Below are positions 45,568 through 56,178 of a stretch of 64,000 bases of DNA, one piece after another. The stretch is from contig CAZBXV010000003.1 of NCBI GenBank assembly GCA_964496205.1, positions 13,613 through 77,612 on the forward strand, given 5' to 3'. Under the pieces are notes generated by a model. The model did not search any database. It saw only the letters and a program-made list of their open reading frames with translations, and was not told the origin of the DNA. Position 1 is the first letter of the stretch. Each line of letters opens with the position of its first letter. Position numbers and translations under genes: made by a program. Origin of the DNA: an uncultured Acidimicrobiia bacterium (GTDB lineage: Bacteria > Actinomycetota > Acidimicrobiia > Spongiisociales > UBA4744).

Positions 45568-46913
45568 GCCGCCTCGTAGTCATTGGTGGTGACGCTGCCG
45601 GCATGTCGGGAGCAAGCCAGGCGCGGCGCCTGAACCCGGATCTCGAGATCATCGTGTTCGAACGCACCACCTGGGTCAGCTATGCCGCCTGCGGCATTCC
45701 CTACTACGTCGGCGAGGATGTCAAGGAGCTGCGACAGCTCCAGGCGAGGACTCCCGAGCAGTTCGCCCGCATGAACATCGATGTTCGCCTTCGCCACGAA
45801 GTCATGGCGATCGACACGTCCACCAAGACGGTCGCCGTCAGGCAGCTCGACGACGGGTCCGACGCCGAATTCGCCTATGACCTCCTGCTCTATGCGACGG
45901 GTGCGCGTCCGATCCTTCCCCCGATCGAAGGTCTCGATCTCGATGGCGTGTTTCAGGTTCGCACCCTCGACGACGCTGCCGCCGTTCGTTCCGCGATCGG
46001 CAGATCACCGGCCAGCGCGGTCGTGATTGGCGGTGGGTACATCGGCCTGGAAGCAGCAGAGTCATTCCACAATCTCGGCATTCCGGTGACCGTCTTGGAG
46101 ATTGCCCCGACCGTCCTCTCCCGCACGATGGATCCCGAAATGGGGGAACTCGTCGCCGAACAGGTTCGTGAGCGCGGGATCTCCGTCCACACCGACATGC
46201 GGGTAGACCGCATCGTCGGCCAGGATGGACGAGTGTCTGCAGTTGAGGCCGCCGGATCGGTCTTCCCGGCGGACATCGTCGTGCTCGGCCTCGGTTCTGC
46301 CCCCAACTCGGCGCTCGCGAAGGCGTCGGGCATCGCCATCGGGCCTACCGGCGCCGTCGCCGTCGATGACCACCAGCGTACGAGTGCCGAAGATGTCTAC
46401 GCGGCCGGCGACTGCACAGAGTCAATCAACCGCATCAGCGGCGCGCCGATCAATCTGCAGTTGGGCACGGTCGCCAACAAGCAGGGACGCGTCGCGGGAA
46501 CCAACCTCGGCGGCGGCGACGCATCGTTCCCGGGAGTGCTGGCGACCGCCATCACAAAGGTCGACGACATCGAAATTTCTCGAACCGGCCTGACGCTCGC
46601 CGAAGCAGACGCCGCCGGATTCGACGCTGCCGCCACGGGGTTGCGCAGCTCGACCGGATCCCACTATTGGCCACGATCAAGCCAGATGCGCATCCGCACG
46701 GTCGTCGATCGGAAGACAGGCAAACTCCTCGGCGCCCAGATCGTCGGAGGTCCAGGCGCGGCCAAGCGAATCGATACGTTCGCGGCGGCCATGTGGGCGG
46801 GTCTCACGGCGGCGGAACTCGAATACGTCGACCTGGCCTATTCGCCACCTTTTTCCGGCGTGTGGGAACCGGTCAACATCGCTGCGCGCAAGGCTGCTGG
46901 AGCCACCGAGTAG
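45564..46913 (+). CDS. CoA-disulfide reductase / NADH oxidase family flavoprotein (single redox Cys)
   Basis: GTG overlaps the preceding stop (GTGA). FAD motif VVIGGDAAG, redox Cys in SYAACGIPY, NAD motif VIGGGYIGLE. Confidence 0.8.
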   Translation: MSRLVVIGGDAAGMSGASQARRLNPDLEIIVFERTTWVSYAACGIPYYVGEDVKELRQLQARTPEQFARMNIDVRLRHEVMAIDTSTKTVAVRQLDDGSDAEFAYDLLLYATGARPILPPIEGLDLDGVFQVRTLDDAAAVRSAIGRSPASAVVIGGGYIGLEAAESFHNLGIPVTVLEIAPTVLSRTMDPEMGELVAEQVRERGISVHTDMRVDRIVGQDGRVSAVEAAGSVFPADIVVLGLGSAPNSALAKASGIAIGPTGAVAVDDHQRTSAEDVYAAGDCTESINRISGAPINLQLGTVANKQGRVAGTNLGGGDASFPGVLATAITKVDDIEISRTGLTLAEADAAGFDAAATGLRSSTGSHYWPRSSQMRIRTVVDRKTGKLLGAQIVGGPGAAKRIDTFAAAMWAGLTAAELEYVDLAYSPPFSGVWEPVNIAARKAAGATE

Positions 46914-47013
46914 CGGGCCCTATCGTCGGGCGATCGTCCAGCGGTCCGTCGCCCTGATGACTGCCCGGTCTTTGCGTCTCGCGACGCACCCGTGGGTGAG
47001 CCCTGACGCACCA

Positions 47014-47766
47014 CTAGTGATTGGTGAAGAACCCGTGAAGTGACTCGCTGACCAGGTCGGGCGTCTCGATCGGAGGCAGGTGGCCGGCGCCGGGAACGAC
47101 GCTGAGTGTCGCATCCGAGATGCGGGCGGCCATCGACACCGCCCCGGCCGGCGGGGTGACCGTATCCGATGCACCGACAAGCACCATCGTTGGCACACTG
47201 ATCGTCGATAAGACGTGTGTCCTGTCGGGCCGATTCGCCATGCCCATTGTTGCCGCGATGGCGGTTTCGTTGGGGGTCGCCTCGATCATCCTGGTGAGAC
47301 GCTGCTTCGCTCTCACAGTGGCCTCCTGGGCGAGGAGCGATGTCAGCATCCCAGGAACGAGTGCTGCAACACCCTCCCGTGCGATGGTGGCAGCCGTGGT
47401 CACCCTGCCTTCCCTCGCTGCCGGGGTGTCTGCAGTTGCCTTTGTGTCCAGAAGAGCAAGCGAACGCACCAGCTCGGGATGACGTTCCCACAAGGCAAAC
47501 GTCACATAGCCTCCCATCGACAGAGAGACGACATCGACCGGGACCGACCCGATGAATGCGGCCAGGGCGTCAGCCACGTTGTCCATCGTGAATTCATCGA
47601 GCGGTGCGGACGACCCGAAGCCGGGCAGATCGGGGGCGATGCAGTGCCGGACCTCTGCCAGTTCTTCGAGTTGATCGAGCCACATCCGGTGATCGAGAGG
47701 GAAACCATGGATGAAGAGGGCAGGCGTCCCGGATCCCGACTCCACGAAGGAGAGCGAATCTGTCAT
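47014..47766 (-). CDS. alpha/beta hydrolase
   Basis: HGFP oxyanion motif. Nucleophile elbow LSMGG. C-terminal His in GAGHLP. Confidence 0.8.
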   Translation of the reverse strand: MTDSLSFVESGSGTPALFIHGFPLDHRMWLDQLEELAEVRHCIAPDLPGFGSSAPLDEFTMDNVADALAAFIGSVPVDVVSLSMGGYVTFALWERHPELVRSLALLDTKATADTPAAREGRVTTAATIAREGVAALVPGMLTSLLAQEATVRAKQRLTRMIEATPNETAIAATMGMANRPDRTHVLSTISVPTMVLVGASDTVTPPAGAVSMAARISDATLSVVPGAGHLPPIETPDLVSESLHGFFTNH

Positions 47767-47801
47767 TCACCCACGATACAGTCGCTCTCGACACAACCGC
47801 C

Positions 47802-48602
47802 ATGAAGCATCTCATCCTCACCATCCTGCTCGTTCTCATCGCGACATCCTGTGCCCAGGCAGCGCCTTCATCGAACGCGGTCGTACAGAGAGTCATCGAC
47901 GGAGACACGATCGTCGTATCGCTGAACGGTGCAGACGAGAGGGTACGGTTGATCGGCATCAACGCTCCCGAGCGAGACGAGTGCTTCGGAACCGAGGCGA
48001 CCGAGCAGCTCAGGGTTCTCCTTGACCACACCCAGGTGACGCTCCAGACCGATGTCGACGTGTACGACGACTACGGACGACTGCTCGCCTATGTCTACTC
48101 CGATGACAGCCTCATCAATCGGGAACTCGTATCGGGTGGCTTTGCCCTCGCCCAGCCGTACCCTCCGAACACCCTCCACCAATCAGAACTGGACGATGCG
48201 ATGACCACGGCGAAACAGCAGGAAGTCGGATTGTGGGCGGTCGGAGCATGCGGTGAAGCAGTTGGAGATGTGGTCACAATCGAGTCCATCAACGAGAACC
48301 CGCCTGGCCCCGACGAAGCCTCGCTCAACGACGAGAGCATCACGCTCATCGCCAACGACCATGTCGACCTGTCGGGCTGGGTGGTGCGTGATGGTTCCAG
48401 CAGCAACCGGTACGTGGTCCCTGATGGCATCACACTCTATGCCGGCGACCGGGTGATCCTTCATTCGGGTTGTGGAAACAACTCGATTCATGACCTCTAC
48501 TGGTGTTCCGACACGCCGATCTGGAACAACGATGGCGACACGGTGATGATCTATGACGAATCAGGTGCACTCGTCGACGCGGTCACGTATCCTGCGGACT
48601 GA
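47802..48602 (+). CDS. secreted thermonuclease (SNase-like) fused to C-terminal lamin-tail (LTD) domain
   Basis: Lipoprotein signal LIATSCA. SNase catalytic region VIDGDTIVV...VRLIGINAPE. The C-terminal roughly 110 aa is an LTD-like beta-sandwich (VTIESINENP...GWVVRDGS). Confidence 0.7.
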   Translation: MKHLILTILLVLIATSCAQAAPSSNAVVQRVIDGDTIVVSLNGADERVRLIGINAPERDECFGTEATEQLRVLLDHTQVTLQTDVDVYDDYGRLLAYVYSDDSLINRELVSGGFALAQPYPPNTLHQSELDDAMTTAKQQEVGLWAVGACGEAVGDVVTIESINENPPGPDEASLNDESITLIANDHVDLSGWVVRDGSSSNRYVVPDGITLYAGDRVILHSGCGNNSIHDLYWCSDTPIWNNDGDTVMIYDESGALVDAVTYPAD

Positions 48603-48615
48603 CAAAGGAGTGGCA

Positions 48616-48933
48616 ATGGGTTTCATGGATTCGTTGAAGAAGATGTTTGGTTCGGCCAAGGAGATGGCAGACGATCTCGGTGAGAAGGCTGCGCCGATGA
48701 TGGACAAGGCCAAGGAGATGGCCGGTGACCTGGGCGAAAAGGCGAAAGACATGGCGGATGACCTGGGTGAGAAGGCTGCGCCGATGATGGACAAGGCCAA
48801 GGAGGCCGCTTCGGAGGCCTTCGAGAAGGCCAAGGACGTCGCCGAAGACTTCCGCTCGAAGGCCGAAGGTGGTGGCAACGAAGCAGCCAGTGTCGCCGAG
48901 GAAGCCGTCGAGAAGGCCACCGGCGAGGAGTAG
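48616..48933 (+). CDS. small K/E/A/D/M-rich repeat protein (29-aa repeats), stress-protein-like
   Basis: AAAGGAG RBS 5 bp upstream of the ATG at 48616. Contains repeated ...MADDLGEKAAPMMDKAKE.... Confidence 0.5.
   Translation: MGFMDSLKKMFGSAKEMADDLGEKAAPMMDKAKEMAGDLGEKAKDMADDLGEKAAPMMDKAKEAASEAFEKAKDVAEDFRSKAEGGGNEAASVAEEAVEKATGEE
48679..48804 (+). repeat. 87-bp-period direct repeat inside the small protein gene
   Basis: ggtgagaaggctgcgccgatgatggacaaggccaaggag occurs at 48679-48717 and again at 48766-48804. Confidence 0.7.
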
Positions 48934-48981
48934 ACCGGTCGGAATGGAAGGGGGGCGCCTCACGCGCCCCCCTTCTTTGTT

Positions 48982-50529
48982 TTAGAGCCAGCGTTCCGCG
49001 ACGGTCTTCATTTCCATGAAGAGCCGCAGATAGTCGGGGCCGCCGGCCTTCGCATTCGAACCGGACATGTTGAACCCGCCGAAGGGTTGCACGCCGACGA
49101 GCGCCCCAGTGATCTTTCGATTGATGTACAGGTTTCCAACATGAAACTCCTGCCGTGCTCGTTCGATCCGGTCTCGCCTCGACGAGAACAGCCCTCCCGT
49201 CAGTCCGTACTGGGTTCCGTTGAATATCTCCACCGCGTTGTCGAAGTCTCGGGCGCGTAGCACCGACACCACCGGGCCGAAGATCTCATGCTGCGCGATG
49301 TACGCGTCCGGTCCGACATCACCGAAGACCGTCGGTTGGATGTAGTACCCGCCATCGAGATCCACAGCCTCGCCGCCGACGAGCAGCTTCGCCTCACCCC
49401 TGCCTCGATCGATATCCGACAGAATCGAATGTTGCTGCGACGCGGTGATCACTGCGTTCACACGGACGTTGTCTTCGGCCGGGCCGACGGGAAGCGCCTC
49501 GGTCAGTGCAACCACCCGTTCCAGCACCTCGTCATAGACGTCGTCGACGAGGATCAGCCTGGACATCGCCGAGCACTTCTGTCCCTGGAATCCGAACGCA
49601 CCGACGACTGCGGCCGCGGCGGCGGCCTCGAGGTCGGCGGTTTCGTCCACGACCAGGGCGTCCTTGCCGCCCATCTCCATGTAGGCCCTCTTCAGCCAAG
49701 GTTGCCCATCATGGACGACGGATGCGCGCTGGGCGATCCGCAGCCCGACCTCCATTGAACCGGTGAAGTTCACGAATCTCGTTCTTGGATGGTCAACCAG
49801 GAAGTCCCCGACTTCGCTCCCGGCGCCAGGCAGGAAGTTGATCACACCAGGAGGGAAGCCTGCGGCCTCGACAGCCTTCATGAACTCGGCGGCGATCACC
49901 GGCGTCGCCGAGGCAGGCTTCACGACGACCGTGTTTCCGGCGGCGACGGGCCCAACGGTCATACCGACGAGGATCGCGAGCGGAAAGTTCCACGGTGGAA
50001 TGACGATGCCGGCGCCAATCGGAACCAGATGCGATTCGTTGTCCTCGCCTGGATACGGGTACACGGGCAGAGGTTCCGACACCTCGACAGCTTGACGGGC
50101 GTAGTACTCGCAGAAGTCGATGGCTTCCGCAACGTCCGCTTCCGCCTCCAGGTAGTTCTTCGAGGCCTCGATGGTCTCCCATGCGGAGAGTTCGTACTTG
50201 CGGGCCCGCAGAATGGCTGCGAGCTTCACGAGGTGGCGGGCTCTGGCGACTCCGTCGACCCGTGACCACGCCGGGAACGCCGCCCACGCGGCATCCAACG
50301 CCCGCTGAGCTGCCCCCTGGTCCGCGAGTGACACGGTCCCAACGATCTCTGCCGGACGGGCAGGGTTGATGCTCTCGAGCTCTCGGCCCGTCTCTACCGG
50401 TTCTCCTCCGATGATGAGGGGATACTGCGTGAACCTGGACCTCACGTCGGCGATGGCGGCCCGGTAGGCGTCAGCGTTCCGCGTGTCGGTGAAGTCCGAG
50501 TACGGCTCGTTCACATACGGCTCGAACAA
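48982..50529 (-). CDS. pruA: L-glutamate gamma-semialdehyde (1-pyrroline-5-carboxylate) dehydrogenase
   Basis: ALDH superfamily with catalytic Cys in GFQGQKCSA and Glu in EMGGK. Length and N-terminal pattern match single-domain P5CDH. Confidence 0.8.
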   Translation of the reverse strand: MFEPYVNEPYSDFTDTRNADAYRAAIADVRSRFTQYPLIIGGEPVETGRELESINPARPAEIVGTVSLADQGAAQRALDAAWAAFPAWSRVDGVARARHLVKLAAILRARKYELSAWETIEASKNYLEAEADVAEAIDFCEYYARQAVEVSEPLPVYPYPGEDNESHLVPIGAGIVIPPWNFPLAILVGMTVGPVAAGNTVVVKPASATPVIAAEFMKAVEAAGFPPGVINFLPGAGSEVGDFLVDHPRTRFVNFTGSMEVGLRIAQRASVVHDGQPWLKRAYMEMGGKDALVVDETADLEAAAAAAVVGAFGFQGQKCSAMSRLILVDDVYDEVLERVVALTEALPVGPAEDNVRVNAVITASQQHSILSDIDRGRGEAKLLVGGEAVDLDGGYYIQPTVFGDVGPDAYIAQHEIFGPVVSVLRARDFDNAVEIFNGTQYGLTGGLFSSRRDRIERARQEFHVGNLYINRKITGALVGVQPFGGFNMSGSNAKAGGPDYLRLFMEMKTVAERWL

Positions 50530-50695
50530 TGTTCCTCCTTGTGCGCGAGTTCAGCCTATCGGAGGCGCAGCTCGCTTCGCTCGCCGCAGCGACCAGCGAC
50601 AGGAGCTATCTCGGCCCGTAGTCGTCACGCAACGGTGACCGCGGTCGTGGCCGGCCGCTGGAGACTGGCGGCCGGATGCCAGCTAGCTTGGCTTC

Positions 50696-51370
50696 ATGAA
50701 CGACCCGATGGCGGTGCTGGCGGACGCCTTCCGCAACGAGTGGGCCGATCCGCTCAGTTCCGCCGCCGTGGTGGTGGAAGCCCTGCGGTCGCTGGCGCGT
50801 TCGGATTGGGATGTCGCACTCCCCCAAGTCCAGCGGTTCCGTAGGGAACGTGCCGACAGCGCGCTGCTGTTGTCGGTGACCGATCCAGCCGTGGATCCCG
50901 AAGTCGGCCGGGTCCTCGAGGGACTCGACGATGTTGAACGCAGGTTGCTCGACTCGACCTGGATTCGGCGGGTCGCTCGCAGGCTCGAGGACGCCCAAAC
51001 GGTAGGAGTTGTCTCGCTGGGAGATTTCACACTCACCGTGTTGGAGCTTGCGCTCCTGAGCGGCGATCCCGATCTCGTCACCGACAAGCTGGCAGTCGCT
51101 CGGGGGCTTGGGTATCTGAACGCAAACATCGAGATCGGGCCTCCGGAGACGGCCGAGGTCGTTCTGGTTCCTGCGGCAGCCCGATTCGGTACTCGCATCT
51201 GGACGACAACCCGGATTGCGCACATTGTCGACGCAGCAGGACAAGGGGCCACGCATATCGTCCCCTTGATCCACCCTCTCTACGTGCTGTCGCCTCTGGC
51301 GCGGGGCGTGTATCGACCGGCACACATCCTGATCGACGTTGAGCTGCCTCAGAGTCGGTCGACGACGTAG
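50696..51370 (+). CDS. hypothetical protein (224 aa)
   Basis: Preferred over the Arg-rich antisense ORF 50606-51850 on composition. No motif recognised. Confidence 0.35.
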   Translation: MNDPMAVLADAFRNEWADPLSSAAVVVEALRSLARSDWDVALPQVQRFRRERADSALLLSVTDPAVDPEVGRVLEGLDDVERRLLDSTWIRRVARRLEDAQTVGVVSLGDFTLTVLELALLSGDPDLVTDKLAVARGLGYLNANIEIGPPETAEVVLVPAAARFGTRIWTTTRIAHIVDAAGQGATHIVPLIHPLYVLSPLARGVYRPAHILIDVELPQSRSTT

Positions 51371-52452
51371 TCGAGCGACGCTATCAGCCGCTCCACATCC
51401 TCTGGGTCGGTCGCCGGCCAGACGCCGATGCGAAGCTGGTTGCGTCCAAGTTTCCGATATGGCTCCGTGTCGACGATGCCGTTGGCTCTGAACACAGCCG
51501 CCACGGCCGCAGCATCGACCGTGAGATCGATCGTGACCGTCACGGGCGAACGCATCTCGGGATCGACAACGAACGGATTGCCGGCATCGCGTCGTTCCGC
51601 CCAGTCGTAGAGCATCGAGGACATCGTGGCACACCGATCCGCGGCCCACCGAATCCCGCCATTGGAGTTGATCCACTCCAGTTGTCGTCCGAGGAGGAAG
51701 AGGGTGACGAGCGACGGTGTGTTGAGTGTCTGGGACTGGCGTGAATTCTGCACGGCCGAGTGCAGACTCGAGAAGGGCGGGATGAACCTTCCTGAGGTGT
51801 GGATCTTGTCGATCCGCTCGATCGCCGCCGGTGACAGGAGGGCAACCCACAAACCTCCCTCGGCACCGAACGCCTTCTGCGTGGAGAAGTAGTAGGCGTC
51901 AACCTCCTCCGGGTCGAAACGGATCGCTCCAGCCGCCGACGTGCCATCGACGGCAACAATCCCGTCCGCTGGCCTGCCCGGTGGCATCACGACACCTGTA
52001 GAGGTCTCGTTGTGTGTCAACGCGTAGAGATCGACATCCGGGTTCGCGATGGCGACCGGTCGTGTTCCCGGTTCGGACTCGATCACCTGCGGCTCATCCA
52101 AGTGGGGAAACCGGGAGACAACCGACGCGAACCGGGCACTGAACGCACCGAACGAGAGATGTTGGCTGCGGCGCTCGATCAAACCGAACGACGCCATGTC
52201 CCAGAATGCGGTTGCTCCCCCGTTTCCCAACGCCACTTCGTATCCGTCGGGCAGTGCGAAGAGTTCGGCCAGTCCTGATCGGATCTCGGCCACCAGCGTC
52301 TTGATCGGTGCCTGCCGATGCGACGTTCCGAGCGCACGCCAGGTGGCGAGCTCGGCCACCCACTCGGGCCGGACCTTTGTGGGACCCGATCCGAACCGGC
52401 CGTCGCGGGGAAGAATCTCTTCTGGGATCCTGATTGTTTCTCTCATCGTCAC
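51349..52452 (-). CDS. serC: phosphoserine aminotransferase (actinobacterial type)
   Basis: Family pattern FGSGPTK...; PLP lysine in FSTQKAFG. Length 367 aa. Confidence 0.85.
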   Translation of the reverse strand: MTMRETIRIPEEILPRDGRFGSGPTKVRPEWVAELATWRALGTSHRQAPIKTLVAEIRSGLAELFALPDGYEVALGNGGATAFWDMASFGLIERRSQHLSFGAFSARFASVVSRFPHLDEPQVIESEPGTRPVAIANPDVDLYALTHNETSTGVVMPPGRPADGIVAVDGTSAAGAIRFDPEEVDAYYFSTQKAFGAEGGLWVALLSPAAIERIDKIHTSGRFIPPFSSLHSAVQNSRQSQTLNTPSLVTLFLLGRQLEWINSNGGIRWAADRCATMSSMLYDWAERRDAGNPFVVDPEMRSPVTVTIDLTVDAAAVAAVFRANGIVDTEPYRKLGRNQLRIGVWPATDPEDVERLIASLDYVVDRL

Positions 52453-52486
52453 TAGGGTTTCTCGGAGTCAACAAAGCTACCGGATC

Positions 52487-53680
52487 ATGGCCAGGATTTC
52501 ACAACGAATCGCATCAATCTCCGAATCACCAACCCTCGCCGTCACCGCGAAGGCCAGAGCTCTCAGGGGCGCCGGTCACGACGTGATCGGCTTCGGCGCT
52601 GGTGAACCCGACTTCCCAACTCCCGAGTACATCGTCGCGGCAGCGGCCGAAGCGTGCGCCAACCCCGTCTATCACAAATACTCGCCCGCCGCGGGTCTGC
52701 CGGAGCTGCGCAGCGCAGTAGCCGAGAAGACGACCAGGGATTCGGGATTCCCTGTCGCCCCCGGGCAGGTGCTCATCACAAACGGCGGGAAGCACTCGGT
52801 GTTCGCAGCATTCGCAACCCTCGTCGATGACGGTGATGAAGTGCTGCTGCCGGCCCCCTACTGGGTGACATACCCGGAGGCAATCCGCCTGGCAGGAGGA
52901 ACGCCGGTTGTCGTGAACGCCGGCGTCGATCAGGGATTCAGAGTCACCGTCGAGGATCTGGACGCAGCCTGGACCCCCCGTACGAAGCTCCTGGTCTTCG
53001 TCTCCCCATCGAATCCGAGCGGTGCCGTATACCCGCCGGACGAGATCGAGGCGATAGGCAGATGGGCAGCGGAAAAGGGAATCTGGGTACTCAGCGACGA
53101 GATCTACGAGTACTTGGTGTACGGAGACTCTGTGTTCACCTCGATGGCCACCGTGGTCCCAGAGCTTCGGGACCGCTTCGTGATCGTCAACGGCGTCGCC
53201 AAGTCGCATGCCATGACCGGATGGAGGGTCGGCTGGATGGTCGCGCCCGAAGACGTGATCAAAGGAGCCTCGAATCTTCAGTCACACTCCACGTCGAACG
53301 TCAACAACGTCGCTCAGGTAGCCACCATCGCCGCACTTCGCGGCAGCATGGAAACTGTCGAGTCCATGCGACAAGCGTTTGACCGCAGGCGGCAACTGAT
53401 GTTTCGGATGCTCGAGGGAATCGAAGGCGTACGCGTGTCGGAACCACAAGGCGCCTTCTATGCGTTCCCATCACTCGAAGCGTTCCTCAACCGGCCCCTT
53501 CACGGGAAGATCGCTTCGAGCACAACCGAACTCGCCGAATCGGTGCTCGAGGAGGCCCTCGTGGCGTTCGTTCCCGGAGAAGCATTCGGAGCACCCGGGT
53601 ATGCAAGGTTCTCGTATGCCCTCGCCGACGAACAGATCGAAACCGGCATCAATCGCCTCGCGGAGTTCCTCACCGGCTGA
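52487..53680 (+). CDS. aspartate/aromatic aminotransferase (class I PLP)
   Basis: ATG verified at 52487 ([16 protein letters not shown]). Motifs [22 protein letters not shown] (PLP Lys). The upstream ORF-track part overlaps serC. Confidence 0.85.
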   Translation: MARISQRIASISESPTLAVTAKARALRGAGHDVIGFGAGEPDFPTPEYIVAAAAEACANPVYHKYSPAAGLPELRSAVAEKTTRDSGFPVAPGQVLITNGGKHSVFAAFATLVDDGDEVLLPAPYWVTYPEAIRLAGGTPVVVNAGVDQGFRVTVEDLDAAWTPRTKLLVFVSPSNPSGAVYPPDEIEAIGRWAAEKGIWVLSDEIYEYLVYGDSVFTSMATVVPELRDRFVIVNGVAKSHAMTGWRVGWMVAPEDVIKGASNLQSHSTSNVNNVAQVATIAALRGSMETVESMRQAFDRRRQLMFRMLEGIEGVRVSEPQGAFYAFPSLEAFLNRPLHGKIASSTTELAESVLEEALVAFVPGEAFGAPGYARFSYALADEQIETGINRLAEFLTG

Positions 53681-53724
53681 CGCCTTTCTCTGCACGTATA
53701 CACTCGCCGTGCAAGGAGGGGACC

Positions 53725-54798
53725 GTGTCGACGGCGAAAGCGATGCTGCTGGTAGAGCCACAGCGTTTCACTGCAACCAGTTTCGCGCTCCCTCCCGTCG
53801 AGATGGGCGGCTGGTTGGCGATCGAAGCCACCGCCATCGGCGGTCTTGACGTGCAGGTCTGGCAGGGCACCAACCGCTACATTCGCTACCCGCTGATCCC
53901 GGGAAGGGAGATCGTCGGACGAATCGCGTCGGTCATCGACGGCGCGTTCGACATTCCGATCGGAACTCGCGTTCTCGTCGAACCATCGATCCGCTGTGGA
54001 GCCTGTCGCCGGTGCCTCAGCCACCTTCACACATGTGCATTTCGCCGTCCGATCAACTCGTACGGACTGCTCCCGTCCACCGAACCGCCGGCGCTTTGGG
54101 GCGGTTTCGCCGAGTACCTGTACCTGGATCCGGGAGCTCGCCTTCACCCGATCACCGACGATGTGCAGGCTCCCGTCGCCACAATCGGCCATGCGCTCGC
54201 CGACGCGTTCACATGGACCGTGGAAATCCCCGGACTGAGAACCGGTGACTCGGTCCTGATTCTTGGACCCGGACCTCGCGGCCTTGCGGCTCTCATCGCC
54301 GCACAACAGGCGGGCGCAGGGTGGGTCGGAGTTGCGGGCCTCACAGAAGACCAAGATCGGCTCGTCATGGCACGCGAACTCGGAGCGGACATGGTGGTGG
54401 ACACGCGGAAAGTGGACGTCGCGGGGGCGGTGGCCGACAGCCTCGGATCGAGACCCGAGGTTGTGCTCGACGTGACGAAGGATGACCCGGACGCTATCCA
54501 CGTTGCACTCGACATGGTCCGCGCCGGCGGAACCGTTGTTGTCGCTTCCCTCAAGGGGACACGTTCGGTCAATCAGCTGTTCTCCGACCTCATCGTGCTC
54601 AAAGAGATCACTGTCCGAGGAGGTCTCGGTGCCAGCAGCGCCGCCTATCACTGGGCTGCACGCCACCTCGAAGCCGATCCGAGGCTGGATGCACTCGTGA
54701 GCCACGAGTTCCCCCTCGATGAGGCCGAGCGAGCCCTGGAGGCTGCGGCCGGTCTCCTCGGCCACGATGAGCTGATCTCCGTCGCGATTACGTTCTGA
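53725..54798 (+). CDS. MDR-superfamily alcohol-dehydrogenase-like protein with structural-zinc Cys cluster but degenerate catalytic-zinc site
   Basis: Structural Zn motif CGACRRC...C. The cofactor-binding Gly motif is diverged (GPGPRGLA). The catalytic GHE is replaced by GRE and the first catalytic Cys is absent. Confidence 0.7.
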   Translation: MSTAKAMLLVEPQRFTATSFALPPVEMGGWLAIEATAIGGLDVQVWQGTNRYIRYPLIPGREIVGRIASVIDGAFDIPIGTRVLVEPSIRCGACRRCLSHLHTCAFRRPINSYGLLPSTEPPALWGGFAEYLYLDPGARLHPITDDVQAPVATIGHALADAFTWTVEIPGLRTGDSVLILGPGPRGLAALIAAQQAGAGWVGVAGLTEDQDRLVMARELGADMVVDTRKVDVAGAVADSLGSRPEVVLDVTKDDPDAIHVALDMVRAGGTVVVASLKGTRSVNQLFSDLIVLKEITVRGGLGASSAAYHWAARHLEADPRLDALVSHEFPLDEAERALEAAAGLLGHDELISVAITF

Positions 54799-54827
54799 CC
54801 GCTCCGCCACGGCTACAGTCGCCGGTC

Positions 54828-56057
54828 ATGGGTCCTTGGATTCCAACGAGACGAAGCACGGTGTCCTGGGTGCTCTACGACCTGGCGAACACGATCTTCG
54901 CGTTGGCAGTCGGGAGCCGCTACTTCTCGGTGTGGGTCGTGAAAGTCGAAGGTGGAACGGACGCCGACTTCGGGTTTGCGACGGCAATCGCGATGGCGAT
55001 TGTGATCGTCCTCGCACCGTGGGTCGGTACCCGTTCCGACTACGCGGGCACACGACGCCCAGCGCTCGTCGTCACGACGCTCATCACCGTCGCAGCCACG
55101 GCCCTGCTGGCGACGTGGGGGCTGTATCCGTCGCTCGCCCTGTACGTTGTCGGTCAGATCGGATTCACGCTCGGAAGCGTCGTCTACGACGCGATGCTGC
55201 CCGATGTGAGCACCGAATCGACCCGGGGATCTGTGTCGGGAGTTGGCGTCGGGGTCGGCTATCTCGGTTCGCTGATCGCCATCGGAACCGGGCTCCTCAT
55301 GCTGGATCGCTATGGATACGCGCCCCTGTTCAGAACGTTGGCGCTGCTGTTCCTTCTCTTCGCGTTGCCGGCGTTCATCTTCATCTCGGAGCCCCCACGT
55401 GAGAAGAGCACCGATCGTCCGCCCCGCCTCATCGACGCGCTCGGGCACCTCGCCGATTCGTGGCGACACGCTCAACGCTTCGACGGCGTCACCCGTTTCC
55501 TCATTGGACGATTCCTCTACGCCGACGCTGCCAACACGGCGTTCCTGTTCGTCGCGATCTTCGCCGTGACAGAAATGGGCTTCTCGGATCACCAGACGGA
55601 CATGCTCGCAATCATCGCGATCGCGTCCGCCGTCCTTGGTTCCTTCGTGGTTGGCCGCCTGGTCGACCGCCTCGGCCCCAGAAAGACACTCAACGGAGCC
55701 CTGTACCTGTGGATGGCGGCGGTGGCTGTCGCTGTCATTGCCGCTCTCTCGGATCTGACCAGCCTGGGATGGCTGGTGGGTCTGCTCGGTGGGACCGCGG
55801 CCGGCACCACGTGGACATCCGACCGCGTCTACATGATCCGGCTGTCACCACCGGAGCACTACGGCGAGTTCTATGGGTTGTACGCGACGGTCGGGCGGTT
55901 CGCGACGCTCCTGGGGCCTCTCGTGTGGTCGTTCGTGTCCGTCACCCTCGGCTGGGGACGAGTCGCCGCTATCGCCTCACTCCTGCTGTTCTTCGTGGGC
56001 GCTCGAGTCATCCTTGCCGGCGTGACCGACATGCCGATTCGTTCCGAATCGGTATGA
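54828..56057 (+). CDS. MFS transporter, UMF1/Atg22-like (paralog of 42986-45157, no insert)
   Basis: WVLYDLANTIFA N-terminal signature. Twelve TM helices. Confidence 0.75.
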   Translation: MGPWIPTRRSTVSWVLYDLANTIFALAVGSRYFSVWVVKVEGGTDADFGFATAIAMAIVIVLAPWVGTRSDYAGTRRPALVVTTLITVAATALLATWGLYPSLALYVVGQIGFTLGSVVYDAMLPDVSTESTRGSVSGVGVGVGYLGSLIAIGTGLLMLDRYGYAPLFRTLALLFLLFALPAFIFISEPPREKSTDRPPRLIDALGHLADSWRHAQRFDGVTRFLIGRFLYADAANTAFLFVAIFAVTEMGFSDHQTDMLAIIAIASAVLGSFVVGRLVDRLGPRKTLNGALYLWMAAVAVAVIAALSDLTSLGWLVGLLGGTAAGTTWTSDRVYMIRLSPPEHYGEFYGLYATVGRFATLLGPLVWSFVSVTLGWGRVAAIASLLLFFVGARVILAGVTDMPIRSESV

Positions 56058-56151
56058 CTGTCCAGTCTCCAGTCGCCGGTGAGACCGCACCCAGAGAAGG
56101 TTCGAGGCTACGGGACTGCCTACGCCTGCCGGAGACCGGCTGCTGGAGGCT

Positions 56152-56174
56152 GCGAGCGAGTGGAACTCGCTCGC
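56152..56174. terminator. 9-bp-stem hairpin between convergent genes
   Basis: gcgagcgag tggaa ctcgctcgc, located between the stop at 56057 and the stop at 56179. Confidence 0.4.
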
Positions 56175-56178
56175 CGAG

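Noticed and set aside
50606-51850. 414-aa minus-strand ORF spanning the pruA-serC gap
   Set aside because: Extremely Arg-rich with no motifs. It overlaps both serC and the plus-strand 224-aa ORF, so it is probably a GC-frame artefact. The region's true coding content remains uncertain.
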